A DNA stretch of 64,000 nucleotides from Octopus sinensis (GCF_006345805.1 NW_021833574.1:1-64000), one strand, 5' to 3'; shown: positions 12,330 through 23,992, numbered from the stretch's first letter. The notes: generated from the sequence alone by a model not told the origin. A program made the numbers and translations.

Positions 12330-12990
12330 CTACTCAAGCACAAGAATGGTGGTGTGCAAAGTTTTGGTAGCAGTCAGAATTCAAAGCATTTACTAACGAA
12401 GTAAGTCTACGGGATGGAAGAGAGAGAGAGGTAAAGAGAGACGATAAGAAAGAGACAGAGAAAAGAAAACAAAATGAGAGAGAGAGAGAGAGAGAAAGCG
12501 AAAAGAGAGAGAGAAGAAGAGAGAAATAAGAAGGGCAAGAGAGAGAAGAAGGGAGAGAGAGAGAGAGAGAGAGAGAGACTGAGCCACAGAGATAAAAAGG
12601 AATAAGAAAAAGAGAGAAAAAAGAGAGGGAGAGAGAGAGAGAGAGAGGAGAGAGATGCAGAGAAAGTGAAAAGTGAAAGAGAAGAAGAGAGCGAGAAAGG
12701 GAGAATGAATGAGAAAGAGAGAATGAAAACGACAAAAAATAGGAAGAGAGGGAGGAGAGAGGGAGAGAAAGAAAAAGAGAGAAAGAGAGGAAGAGAGGGA
12801 GAGGGAGGAGAGAGATGCAGAGAAAGTGAAAAGTGAGAGAGAAGAAGAGAGAGAGAAAGGGAGAATGAATGAGAAAGAGAGAATGAAAACGACAAAAAAT
12901 AGGAAGAGAGGGAGGAGAGAGGGAGAGAAAGAGAAAGAGAGAGAGATAGATAGATAGACAGAGAGAGAGAGAGAGAGGGAGGGGGGAGAT
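12330..12990. repeat. GA-rich polypurine tract with a 160-bp-period duplication
   Basis: 12647-12780 repeated at 12807-12940. Confidence 0.85.
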
Positions 12991-13259
12991 GACGGTTTAA
13001 ACCCTGAAAGTAAAGCAGAAAGCTGAAATCTTGGTTCACGGTGGGCGAGACGACGAAATTGGGCTTAGAGAGCTAATTAAGCAAGGAATTGACGGGGCCA
13101 ATTATAAAGAACAGATGGTAGCGGGGGAGGGGTTTGGAAAAGAAACATTGAAAGAGAATCGGTGGTGGTAGGGTGGAGTGAGGAAGTAGCTACATAATAT
13201 ATTAGACAGGAGTGGTAGATAATAACTAATTTTGAAGAAACTATTTGTCAGAAAGTACT

Positions 13260-15170
13260 TGGCACTTGACCAAATTTTTTTACGCTGAGCACAAATGATG
13301 CGTTGTTCGATCTAAGTTGAATGTGTCAAGGCATAATGAGACGAAGACAAGAAGGCCCTAAAACCATTCAATTGACCCGGGTAACAAAGGGGTTTCATGT
13401 TCATTGTTTTCAAATATGTTTTGACGGACCGCAGGGGGCTATTTATGTCACTTTCCTAACAGGCATGTGTATTTTCGGCAATAGTTTACTGACAGCGGGC
13501 TTCGATGCGTACTGTCAAGGAACCGAGTGAAAGAAAAGAATTGGTATGGACGCTATGTTCGACTCAGTCAGTCTTCAAGACTGGATAGTTTTTCCTATCA
13601 GACGTCTAGCAGAACTGGCAGCAGACCAGAAAACTTCCCAGTGGTGTGAATCGAGGTAATGATAGAACAGCCGAGAAAGAATGCAAAAAGAGTACGTTGT
13701 GGAAAAAATAAAGGTGTATAATTTAGTTTCACGTAGAGCTAAAGATCTTAAACAAGATACCCGCGAAGAGGTTAGTGCAAGTAGCAGATAGTATCGGAGG
13801 TAATGTATAGACCTTTGCCATCCCAGATAAACACCCAAATCCAGGAGAATTCTGTTTCATTCGATTCATTGTAGAGAGGGTCGACTGTAGATGTTATTGG
13901 AACGGGAGTTGGTCAGTTAAAGTTGAGACAGTGTCACGTGACAACTTGCTGAGGCTGCCAGCTGGAGCCTAGCAGCAGGTGTTTAAAGGGAAAAAAAATT
14001 GACAAGTCAGTCAGTCGTCCGCTGATACTCGTTGGCGCTACATCGAAGAGGCCAGGGAACAGAAGAAAGAAGAAAGAAGACATGCACCCAACACCAGAGC
14101 TGAAGACATCTGCGAAAGGTAGAGGAGTAGGGGCCGAAACCGGACGTGGTTCCTCCTGATGATGTCTTGAGCTAACTTGATCTTATAAAGGAGCTATTGT
14201 GGTAGCAGACCACGAAACACGGTTGTAATTCCCCTCATTTGATCAGCTTGAATAAATCGAAAACACTCACGAATGTGCTGCACACTGTTGGTTCCTATCT
14301 AATGTTCAGAAACTGGATCCCTGCATTGCACAGCAGCATCAGCTGGATGGTTGTGATAAATGGTCACCATAGAAAACCATTTGTCAAGAATATCTGATCT
14401 CATCTCTTTAGTGTTCTGTTCTCCAGCCACTACCGTAAAAGCTAAAAGGTGTTGGATGGAGATGCATATCCCGCTTTAGTTGGCACATATGATTGCCGTA
14501 TCAGCTTATGTAGAGTACCATCTTGGTGTAGGATACTTAGAAAATTTGAAGTTAGTAGTGCCACAGAGAAGAAATATCCGGTGGTTACAGGATCCCCTTT
14601 TGACAACGACTGTGCAGCTCAGAGCCTAAAATAGCAAGTCCTTGTTAACCAACCAACAGCTTTGTCAACTGTCATGAGATTAAGGGATTAATTAAAGAGC
14701 TTGCAGGTGTGGATCAATCTAAGCCTTTAGATGGATAGGAACTGGGACGATGACCAAAGAGTAGAGCCCAGTCTCATATATATTGGCTTGAGGTGATATT
14801 ATACTTGAAAACTCGGCCATGGGTGTAGTAGAACGCCTACATGGGTAATTTTATCATCTTCTTACCATCGTCGCATGCTACCATTCATATCTCACTAGAT
14901 TGGAATGTCTGCTCTTTTGGTTCTCACGTAAGGTCGGATTCCAGTGGCCAGGAATTCCATCCACGGACATCACTTGTAAGCAGGCCCTATAATGGATAAT
15001 TTGCTCCCGCGACAATCTGGTTAAAAGAGTATGGGAGAGGGCTCATGCCTTTAGTGGTCAGGGTAATCCTGGATCTGTGGGGTTTTTTGATTGGCCCTAG
15101 TTGCAGTATCCTTGTATCATGAGGACGGCATCATTCATTTTATCAGACACGCTGAATATGTTTACTTTTA
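13260..15170 (-). mobile_element. Heavily decayed DIRS-like (tyrosine-recombinase) retrotransposon, tentative
   Basis: Hand translation across stops and frameshifts gives, in order: I*MVACDD (RT YxDD-like, ~14890-14867), QLTKLLVG..LAIL, SILHQDGT and GICISIQHL (RNase H-like), LLLALTSSRVSCLRSL (~13787-13740) and SPLRSVKTYLK (YR-like). Confidence 0.45.
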
Positions 15171-15314
15171 TCGTATTTCACCATCTCTTCCATTTTCTCT
15201 CCCCAACTTTTAAGCAAATCCCTATAAAAATTGTTGTCTGTTCCCTATGATGTCCCCTTTCATCTATGCCACTATGGCTAATAAAAGAAATTATCATTAG
15301 TATTAGATTAGTGG

Positions 15315-16120
15315 AAGGCGGCGAGCTAGCAGAAACGCCAGCACGCCAGGCGGAATGCTTAGCGGTATTTCGTCTGTCTTTACCTTCTGGGTTCAAATTC
15401 CACCGAGGTCGACTTTGCTGTTCATCATTTCGGGGTCGATAAATTAAGTACCAGTTGCGTACAGGGGTCAATCTAATCGACTGGCCCCTACCCCAAAATT
15501 TCGAGCTTTGTGCTTAGAGTAGAAAAGCATATATAAGGCGGCGAGCTGGCAGAACCGTTAGCACAACGGGCGAAATGCGTTGCGAATTTCGTCTGCCGTT
15601 ACGTTCTAAGTTCAAATTCTGCCGAGATCGACTTTGCCTTTCATCCTTTCGAGGTCGATAAATTAAGTACCAGTTAAGCACTGGGATCGATATAATCGAC
15701 TTAATCCGTTTGTCTGTCCTTGTTTGTCCACTCTATGTTTAGCCCCTTGTGGGTAGTAAAGAAATAGGTATTTCGTCTGTCTTTACGTCCTGAGTTCAAA
15801 TTGCACCGAGGTCGACTCTGCTTTTTATCCTTTCGGGTTCGATAAATTAATCACCAGTTGCGTACAGGGGTCGATGTAATCGACTGGCCTCCTCCCCCAA
15901 AATTTCGGGTCTTGTGCCTAGAGTAGAAAAGAATCGCTAGCACACCCGGCAAAATGCTTAGCGGCATTTCTTTCATTCGTACGTTCTGAGTTCAAATTCC
16001 GCTGAGGCCAGCTTTGCTTTTCCTCCTTTCGAGGTCGGTAAAATAAGTACCAGTTGCGTACTGGGGTCGATGCAATCGACTTACCCCCTCCCTCAAAATT
16101 GCTAGCCTTGTGCTAAACCA
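15315..16120 (+). mobile_element. SINE family B tandem array (about four units)
   Basis: Heads at 15315, 15535 and ~15935; internal dimer junction at 15766/7. Confidence 0.9.
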
Positions 16121-16429
16121 ATCTTAGATTACTAACTGTCAGAAGCGGCTGTAGAATACAGTGCGAAATACCTTGTGGTATTTCAATCAATCCGTTCATT
16201 CCAGTTGTATCAAGGTCCCCTTTCCTATACTTCCGGGGTGCCGGCGGGGGCTGGGGGTGTGACAAAGTAAGCTACCACCAGCTCGAGACGAGAAATTACC
16301 CGGGTAGATTGAAGCGTCTGTTTCACTAATACGCACCCCACCCGTTCCTATCCAATCCGTCGCCTTATGCGAACGTTACAAATCATTGTATTTATGAAGG
16401 TGAAAATAACAAAGGTGTTGGCCAGTAGC

Positions 16430-16664
16430 ATTGGTGGTGGTGGTGATGGTGTGATGGCGGCAGTGGTTGTGTCTGTAGTAGTTGTAGAAATGGTTTTGCG
16501 TTGTTGGAGTTGGTAGTTATGGTAACGATAATGACTGTGGTGGTGGTGGTGGCGTTAGTATCTGTAGTGGTGGTATCTGCGATGATGGTTATGGAGTGAT
16601 GGTGGCGGTGACGGTAATGATGGTGGTGTTGGTAGTGTTGATTCTGATAGTTGTTTCTGTGATG

Positions 16665-16700
<36 letters not shown>

Positions 16701-16823
16701 GTGATGGTGTTTGAGATGGTGAATGTAGTCGTGTCTCTGATGGTGACGGCGTTGGCTGTAGTGGTGTTGGATGTGTTGGTGCAGGCTACAGTGATCATGT
16801 CTACGGCGGCAGCGGCGGCGGCA

Positions 16824-16859
<36 letters not shown>

Positions 16860-17190
16860 GTTATGGTGGTAGTAATGGTGGTGATGGTGGCGACCGTGGT
16901 GTTTGAGGTAATAGCGAGCGGCGATGATGGTGGTGACTACGGCTGGTGATGGTGGTCCTGGTGGTTGTGTTGGTGGTGGTGGTGGTGATGGTTTAGTGGT
17001 GGTGATGGTGGTGGTGGTGATGGTGGTGATGGATGGTGGTGATGGATGGTGGTGGTGGTGGTGGTGGTGGTGGTGATGGTGGTGGTGGTGATGGTGGTGG
17101 TTTGGTGGTGGTGATGGTGGTGGTGGTGATGGTGGTGATGGATGGTGGTGATGGTGGTGGTGGTGATGGTGGCTGTAGTGGTGGAAGTGG
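16430..17190. repeat. (GGT/GAT/GTA/GGC)n trinucleotide low-complexity tract
   Basis: Mixed trinucleotide runs. Confidence 0.9.
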
Positions 17191-17688
17191 TGGTCAAAGG
17201 TAATTAAGGAAGGCAGAAAACACAAAATGCTGTTGAATAATTAATTACAAAAGCCACAACGAAATGATTGACGACTTCCCCAGATTAGAACTAATCCAAA
17301 ACTTTGCAATTCATCCAGTAAGAAATATTTGCTTCTCCTTCCCCCACCCCTAACCCCACCTCTGCCTCTCTGCCTCTCCCTCTCTCTTTCCCATCTCTCT
17401 GTCCGCCCGTTCGTCTGTCTGTCCGTTGGTCCATTATTCTTTAGTTTTTTCTCTTTCATGCTTTTATAGAATAACTATACATAAATGCACACACACACAC
17501 ACACACATATATATACATTACGTGCATATGTATGTATGTATGTATATATATATATATATTATGTGTGTGTGTGTGTGTGTGTTTGTGTGTGTGTGTGCGT
17601 GTTTATACATATGTGTGCATACGTGTATACATGTATGTATATATACCTCTCTCTCACTCACTGTCTCTCTTTCTCTCTGTATGTGTAT

Positions 17689-17719
<31 letters not shown>

Positions 17720-17724
17720 CATAT

Positions 17725-17886
17725 ATACGACGGGCTTTTTCAGTTTCCGTCTACAAATCCATTCAACACGGCTTTGGTCGGCCCGAGGCTATAGTAGAAG
17801 ACACTTGGCCAAGATGTCACGCAGTGGGACTGAACACGGAACCATGTGGGTGGTAAACAAGCTACTTACCACACAGCCACTCCTAC
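17725..17886 (-). mobile_element. SINE family A, 5' half
   Basis: cgacgggctttttcagtttccgtctac...cttaccacacagccactcct. Confidence 0.9.
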
Positions 17887-17887
17887 C

Positions 17888-17889
<2 letters not shown>

Positions 17890-17932
<43 letters not shown>

Positions 17933-17964
17933 ATATATATATATATATATACTATAATATATAT

Positions 17965-18007
<43 letters not shown>

Positions 18008-18146
18008 GTATGCATGTATATATATAGATATATTTGCATGCATGTATATATGCATATATATATATATTAGGTATGTATAAGTATAGATATGTGTGTTGTA
18101 TGTGTATATATGTAGCTATTATATATTATATATATAATATATATAT

Positions 18147-18177
<31 letters not shown>

Positions 18178-18213
18178 GTTATATATATATATATAGATAT
18201 ATATATATATTAG

Positions 18214-18260
<47 letters not shown>
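17890..18260. repeat. (TA)n microsatellite cluster
   Basis: Direct reading. Confidence 0.95.
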
Positions 18261-18262
<2 letters not shown>

Positions 18263-18872
18263 AGACACGAAGCTGCGCTCTCACACATATCTGTATGAAT
18301 ATATAATTACATATTAAGCATAGCATATTTGTATACAAACGCGTATGTGTGTGTGTTTTGTAAATGCATACAGTGTCTCTCCTGTGCTCGTGTTCATGTG
18401 TATTTATGTGTTACGTGTTTATAAGTTGTGGCGCGCGTATCTGTATGTGTGTGTGTGTGTGTGTGTGTATGCCCCAATGATACACACTGACACAGATATT
18501 TTAATGAATGAAAAAAATGCCGTTAAAACTGAAACTCAAGGTCACAATAAAACCAACATTATATATATATATATATACATATATATACATGTGTGTGTGT
18601 ATACATATAAATGTATATGCACTCATATGCGTATTTACGTATATATATAATATATATATATATATGTATGTATATATATATACATACATTCACATGTATG
18701 CACACAGTTCCATATATGAGTGCGCATATATGATGGGTTATGGGCTATATACACGCGCACGTCTTCACACGCGCGCACAAACACACACGTACACACACAC
18801 ACACAACCAAACTCCTAGACACACTTGTCTATAAGAATGTTTCGCGCGCGTGAGTGTGTATGTGTGGTTATA

Positions 18873-18922
<50 letters not shown>

Positions 18923-19355
18923 GTGTGTGTGTTTAAAAATCCGGTAAGCTTCCTCAACCATTGTGTTCAACGGTACACAACACAGGAAGAAACTTGAGCA
19001 GAAACGGGCTTATGTAAACATGGCGACCAAATATATTATTTAAGTCACAGAACTTTATGCTAATGACTTTAGTTTTAAAAGGAAGTCATCAGTAAAATGA
19101 CACCAGAGCTGAAATATCTGAGAGGAGGCTATTGGAATTCGACTATATTGCTATAAAGAGGTTGACAGTATGTCTAACAAATAGCTGAAACTGTTCCACG
19201 AGTTGTAAATGATACCAGAATCAATTAGGAGAGATAACAACAGCTTTTAAACTCGGCTGTTTACACTCAAAGGGAATAAGATGCTGCAAAGCGAAAACAA
19301 AGTGGTCGTCTGCGCCGCTTGGCACGATTCATTAATTTGTCTTGAATTATTCTGA

Positions 19356-19460
19356 AGAGCAGATTCGGTTATGCTTGTACTAAATTTCGAACGATACAGA
19401 GAAGATTAGCATGGCCCCTGCACAAGGATGACACGCAAGTTCGTGAAGCTTTCTATATTC
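19356..19460 (+). pseudogene. U6: U6 spliceosomal snRNA copy (diverged; probable pseudogene or variant)
   Basis: Contains GAACGATACAGAGAAGATTAGCATGGCCCCTGC and AGGATGACACGCAA. About 7 mismatches in 83 nt (19378-19460) versus the canonical metazoan U6 as recalled. No oligo-T terminator. Confidence 0.92.
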
Positions 19461-19465
19461 CTAAA

Positions 19466-19625
19466 GCGCAGACGCGGCTGTGTGGTAAGAAGTTTGATTC
19501 TCAGTCACATGGTCCCGGGTTCAGTTCCACTGCGTGGCACCTTTGACAAGTGTCTTCTAGCCTCAGCCTGAACAAGGCTTCATAAATGGATTTGGCTGAC
19601 GGAAACTGAAAGAAGCTCGTGGTGT
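19466..19625 (+). mobile_element. SINE family A, 5' half, abutting the U6 3' end
   Basis: gcgcagacgcggctgtgtggtaagaag...cacatggtcccgggttcagttccactgcgtggcacc. Confidence 0.85.
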
Positions 19626-19639
19626 ATATATATGTATAT

Positions 19640-19880
19640 ATTTTTTCCGTCCTTTTTTTCGTATACATTCGCTGCATTCTTCCAAGGAATGTAATGCTCT
19701 TTGCTTATTTCCCTTTGGGGTTGCCAGATTGGAGTAATCTAGAGTGCAACTAGCCGAAATTGCAAAGATAGTCTGGAACTCGACTGAGGATAGAAAACTC
19801 CGAATGATCCGTCTTTCTTTTCCTTGTATCTGGATATTTTATTTTCCCTTTTTTCGTTTCACCTGTCTGGATGTTTTGCG
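19640..19880. mobile_element. Unclassified dispersed repeat (family E), copy 2
   Basis: Inverted homologue of 925-1190. Confidence 0.7.
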
Positions 19881-19929
19881 TTCTTGTCCCATTTTTGTAT
19901 TATATATATATATATATATACACTTTATT

Positions 19930-20057
19930 AAAAAGCAGCAAAAAATCACAAAATCTGTTACTCAGAGTTTCACGTTCCCGTTTATCGGAAAAACTGTCCG
20001 ACGATGGAGAACGTAAAACTCTGAGTAACAGTTTTTGTGATAATTTTGCTGCTTTTT
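19930..20057. repeat. 128-nt fold-back element containing two opposed hammerhead-like motifs
   Basis: Arms aaaaagcagcaaaa..atcacaaaa.ctgttactcagagttt.acgttc and their reverse complement. Confidence 0.85.
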
Positions 20058-20224
20058 GTTAAAGCATATTACTCTACCTCTGGTATTCGAGTACTATTTT
20101 TTCCACCTTGCTTTGCATCTATGTGATTACTCGGGTATATATATAATATATATATATATATAATATATATATATATATATACACATATGTGTGTGTGTGT
20201 GTGTATGTTTGTCTATGCCTGTAT

Positions 20225-20520
20225 TTCTCCTCCACCACCACTTGACAACCGGCGTTGGTGTGTTTTTTGTACATGTGACTTAACAGTTCGGCACAAGAGA
20301 CCGATAGAATAAGTACCAGGCTTAGAAAAAATAAGTACTTGAGTCGACTCGTTCGACTAAATTTTTTCAGTGCGGTGCCCCAGCATCGCCGCAGTCTAAT
20401 GACAGAAACAAGAAAAAGAAAAGATAAAAGTCTGTTATAAATAGGTGCCGGCGTGGCTGTGTGGTAAAAATTTTGCCTCCCAACCATGTGGTTCTGGATT
20501 CAATCCCACTGCATGGTCGC
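20225..20520 (+). mobile_element. SINE family A, 3' half followed by another A head fragment
   Basis: cttgacaaccggcgttggtg...gaccgatagaataagtac...cgcagtctaatgacagaaacaag; new head ggcgtggctgtgtggtaa at ~20450. Confidence 0.8.
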
Positions 20521-20727
20521 AGTGTTATGACTGAAAGAAGAAAAGATAATTTATTTTTGTATCTTGCGCACGTGACCGGATTTCAATGACCAATCAGAGA
20601 CCGAAGGGCATCACTGAAATCGTGTGTGACATGGGAGCGTCTGTGTAAATGAAGCGGGACAAAGACAGCATGCTTTAGTTTCGATCGGCACTTTCTGCCT
20701 GTTCACACACTATCCCCCCTCTCTCTC

Positions 20728-20783
<56 letters not shown>

Positions 20784-20813
20784 CACATATATATGTATGC
20801 ACACGCACACACA

Positions 20814-21560
20814 CAGGCTGAGTCATTCTTTTACGGATACCTCTTTCAAGAGCTCTATCTTCTTCTAATACATTTTTCTTTTTCCTTCCTTTTCAGATAA
20901 ATAATCTCAAACACCAGGTTGAGTCAGCAAATAGAACGACACACAGTTATATTTGCTTTAAAAGCACAGCATAATGATACAGAGATAGCTCGCTTCCTGA
21001 AAGTTGCCTGATCCTTCGTTGTGAAGGTTCGAAAGGAGCTGGAAGCTGTTGATGGCGATCTAACATGCACAGGGTCCTAATACCAGCTGTATAAAAAGTC
21101 GAAGAAATAATCGATAAAACCCACCAGAAAGTTCAAACAAAGCCATTGCAAAGGATTCTGGGTTTCAGAATGTACCCTCAGAAGAGCTGTACATGAGAAC
21201 AACCTGTACAAGTCTCGTTTGTGATGTGACAAGAAAGAACCGTTCGATCTGTGCAAAGCTAAAACGTTAAGAGGCTGGAATGCTTCTTTGAGAAAAACTT
21301 CGGTCAGGACCAAAAAGATAACCTGAAGGAACGACAGATGGGATTATGCAGAAACCCCAAAAAGTTTCCAGCGGTTATGTGTACTAAGTTTCCAGCGATT
21401 CTGATAGTTTGGGGAGTCGTCAGCAACGAGGGACATGTCATACCTTCTCACATAGGGCTTAAAAGTCAATGCCGTTGTCTATATAGAGGTGTTGGAGAAA
21501 GCTGCGTGGGGTTAAATAGATAGAATACGGAATGGAAAACGGTACGTCTTCCAACAGTCT
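20814..21560 (+). mobile_element. Tc1/mariner-superfamily transposase fossil (maT/DD37D-like)
   Basis: IFALKAQHNDTEIARFLKVA*SFVVKVRKELEA (HTH), VMCTKFPAILIVWGVVSNEGHVIPSH and YVFQQ before the missing second Asp; multiple stops and deletions. Confidence 0.8.
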
Positions 21561-21599
21561 TGGACAATGGAAGCATGAATGTGTAGAATACTTGTTGTT

Positions 21600-22016
21600 T
21601 AAGTTGCTATATAATTGAAGTGGTTGTTGTAAAGGACTTGTTACAGATTAGATAATACAGTTCTATATTTAAGAGATGTTTCTCTTAATGTTTTTTTCCC
21701 AACGGTTGTAATGGATCTTCTCACAGACGAGGATATATCCTGCCCTTTCCGCTACTCTTCTAGCTTTATGTAAATCCACTGCTGTCATTATATTCAAGCC
21801 AGGTGGTATTAGCTTTGAGTTTCTACATCTACGCAGGAAATTTAGATGGTTTGAAAGACGAGCTAGTTTTTGATGGAGTTTCTCTATATGTCTCCATTGA
21901 AGTCTAATGTCGGCTTCGTACCAATTCGAAAATACAGTTCTATATTTAAGAGAACTTGTTACAGATGTCGCTGTTTTGCAGTAAGGTGACTGTGTACAAC
22001 GTATTGTGTTTGTCAA
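21600..22016 (-). mobile_element. Penelope-like element ORF, N-terminal fragment
   Basis: RHIEKLHQKLARLSNHLNFLRRCRNSKLIPPGL resembles the PLE pre-RT region as recalled. Confidence 0.6.
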
Positions 22017-22029
22017 ATTTGAATGGCAG

Positions 22030-22380
22030 GCAGAGGGCTAGCAGAATCCGTAACTAGTCGGGCAAAATGTTTACTGGTTTATCTTTTCTCATTTAAACAT
22101 GCCAAGACTAATTTTGCTTTTCATCCTTTCAGGGTCGATAAAATAAGTACTAGTTAAACAGTGAGATGGGTGTAATGGACTGGCAGTCCCCCCCCCCCTC
22201 ACCAACTCCAGGTCTTGTGACTATAATAAAAAGAATTCAAATGCTGCTGTCGAGTTCAACTTTGCCTTCTGTACTCCCTGGAGTCTATTTGATAAAGTAC
22301 CAGTTGATCCCCAGGGTCGATATAATCGACTAACTCGCTTCCACACAAATTTAGTGCCGTGCGCAGTTGTAGAAAGGATT
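22030..22380 (+). mobile_element. Two diverged SINE family B copies
   Basis: ttttgctttcatcctttcagggtcgataaaataagtac and similar blocks. Confidence 0.7.
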
Positions 22381-22404
22381 ATATTTGAAAGGAAGGCAGT
22401 GAGC

Positions 22405-22555
22405 TGGTAGGAGTGGCTGTGGTGGTAAGAAGCTTGCTTCCCCTGCACATGGTTCCAGGTTCAGTCCTATTGCGTGGCACCTTGGGCAAGTGTCTTCTAC
22501 TATAGCCTCGGGCCGACCAAAGCCTTGTGGGAGGATTTGGTAGACGGAAATTGGC
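22405..22555 (+). mobile_element. SINE family A, 5' half
   Basis: gagtggctgtggtggtaagaagcttgc...ggcaccttgggcaagtgtc. Confidence 0.88.
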
Positions 22556-23006
22556 AGCATGTGAACGACGGATTCGGTGTATGTGTGTGTGTGTGTTTGT
22601 GTATGAATATATTGAAATGCAGAGTAGATAAAACAGTGGACAACTGATGAAGGGATTGTTCTTAATGTTGCCGGTGTTGTTTTTCTCTTTGTTTCTTTCT
22701 TTGTTCGCAACAAAAGTTCGTTTTCCATATTGTTGTAATTCCTGTTCCTCTTATTCATGTTGTTTACGTTTTTTTTACGTCTTGTATCCATATACGCATG
22801 CTTATATACATATATATGTAAGTATGTAATATATGTATGTATATATGCATATATATATATATATATATATACATACACACACGCACACGCACACACACAC
22901 ATATATACACTTACACATATACATACACACACGCACATATATACTTATGTATATATATATATATATATATCTAATTATATAAATATATATATATATATAC
23001 ACACAC

Positions 23007-23051
<45 letters not shown>

Positions 23052-23684
23052 AGAGAGGGGGCTGTAACGGAAAGGCTCCAATTTTGAGTACTCACTGGAA
23101 ATATTCACTGTTGAAATATTTATAAAACTATTCAAACAGTGAAAATATTTCAAATGAAAACCGGGCTCTGTTTCCCAGCTGCTGATGGGAGACAAGTAAT
23201 TCTGAGCATTGAAATGTGAAGGTGTTCAGTTATAAAAGAATACTTTACATTTGCATCGAGTCCAGTAATTTGTCACTTACAAGTAACTCAACAGAGATTT
23301 ATAGAGCTAGCTAGATCGGTATCTGTGCGCGCAGAAACATACATTGTTCTATGAGTGTCTGTGAATGTGCGTGGAAAAACATTAAGCCTCCTAAATTTCG
23401 TATGAGGAATAAGGGTACAATTGACATTGTCAATTGTCGAGCAGGTGACAGGACGTCTTCTTCGATGTGAGAGGTTGTTGTAACACGGTCTTTCTGACAT
23501 ATTAAGTCTAGGAAAATTGATGAGCTCCATACTGAGATATCTCTCGCATAACTATCAACCACTCCTTGCCAACTAAACGCACGCGTACACACACAGACAC
23601 ACACACACATACACACACACACGAGATATCAAAATAGCTGCATTCCTTTCATGATTTTATGAATTGCAACAAATAACATGATAC

Positions 23685-23721
<37 letters not shown>

Positions 23722-23940
23722 AAGGCGGCGAGCTGTTAGAATCGTTAGCAGGCCGGACGAAATGCTTAGTGGCATATCAACCGCCTTTTACGTTCTAAGT
23801 TCAGAATTCCGCCGAGGTCGACTTTGCCTTTCATCCGTTCGGGGTCGATAAATCAAGTACCAATGAAATACTGGAGGTTGATGTAATTGACTAGTCACCT
23901 CCCATAAGTTTCAGGCTTTGGTGTTTTAGTAGAAAGGATT
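23722..23940 (+). mobile_element. SINE family B (long-tail type)
   Basis: aaggcggcgagctg...tagtagaaaggatt followed by (TTA)n. Confidence 0.88.
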
Positions 23941-23959
23941 ATTATTATTATTAGTATTA

Positions 23960-23992
<33 letters not shown>

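Noticed and set aside
14130-14170. Type-II hammerhead (gccgaaac...ctgatgatgtc)
   Set aside because: Helices I and III do not form and no G-C closes helix II; it lies inside the putative DIRS fossil.
16392-17225. 277-aa His/Pro/Thr-rich ORF
   Set aside because: Product of (GGT/GAT)n trinucleotide runs, open in several frames on both strands, with no domain or splice context.
19378-19460. U6atac
   Set aside because: It has the major-spliceosome ACAGAGA box, not the U6atac AAGGAGA.
22643-22680. CTGATGAAGGG hammerhead 5' half
   Set aside because: No downstream GAAA or helix III in register.
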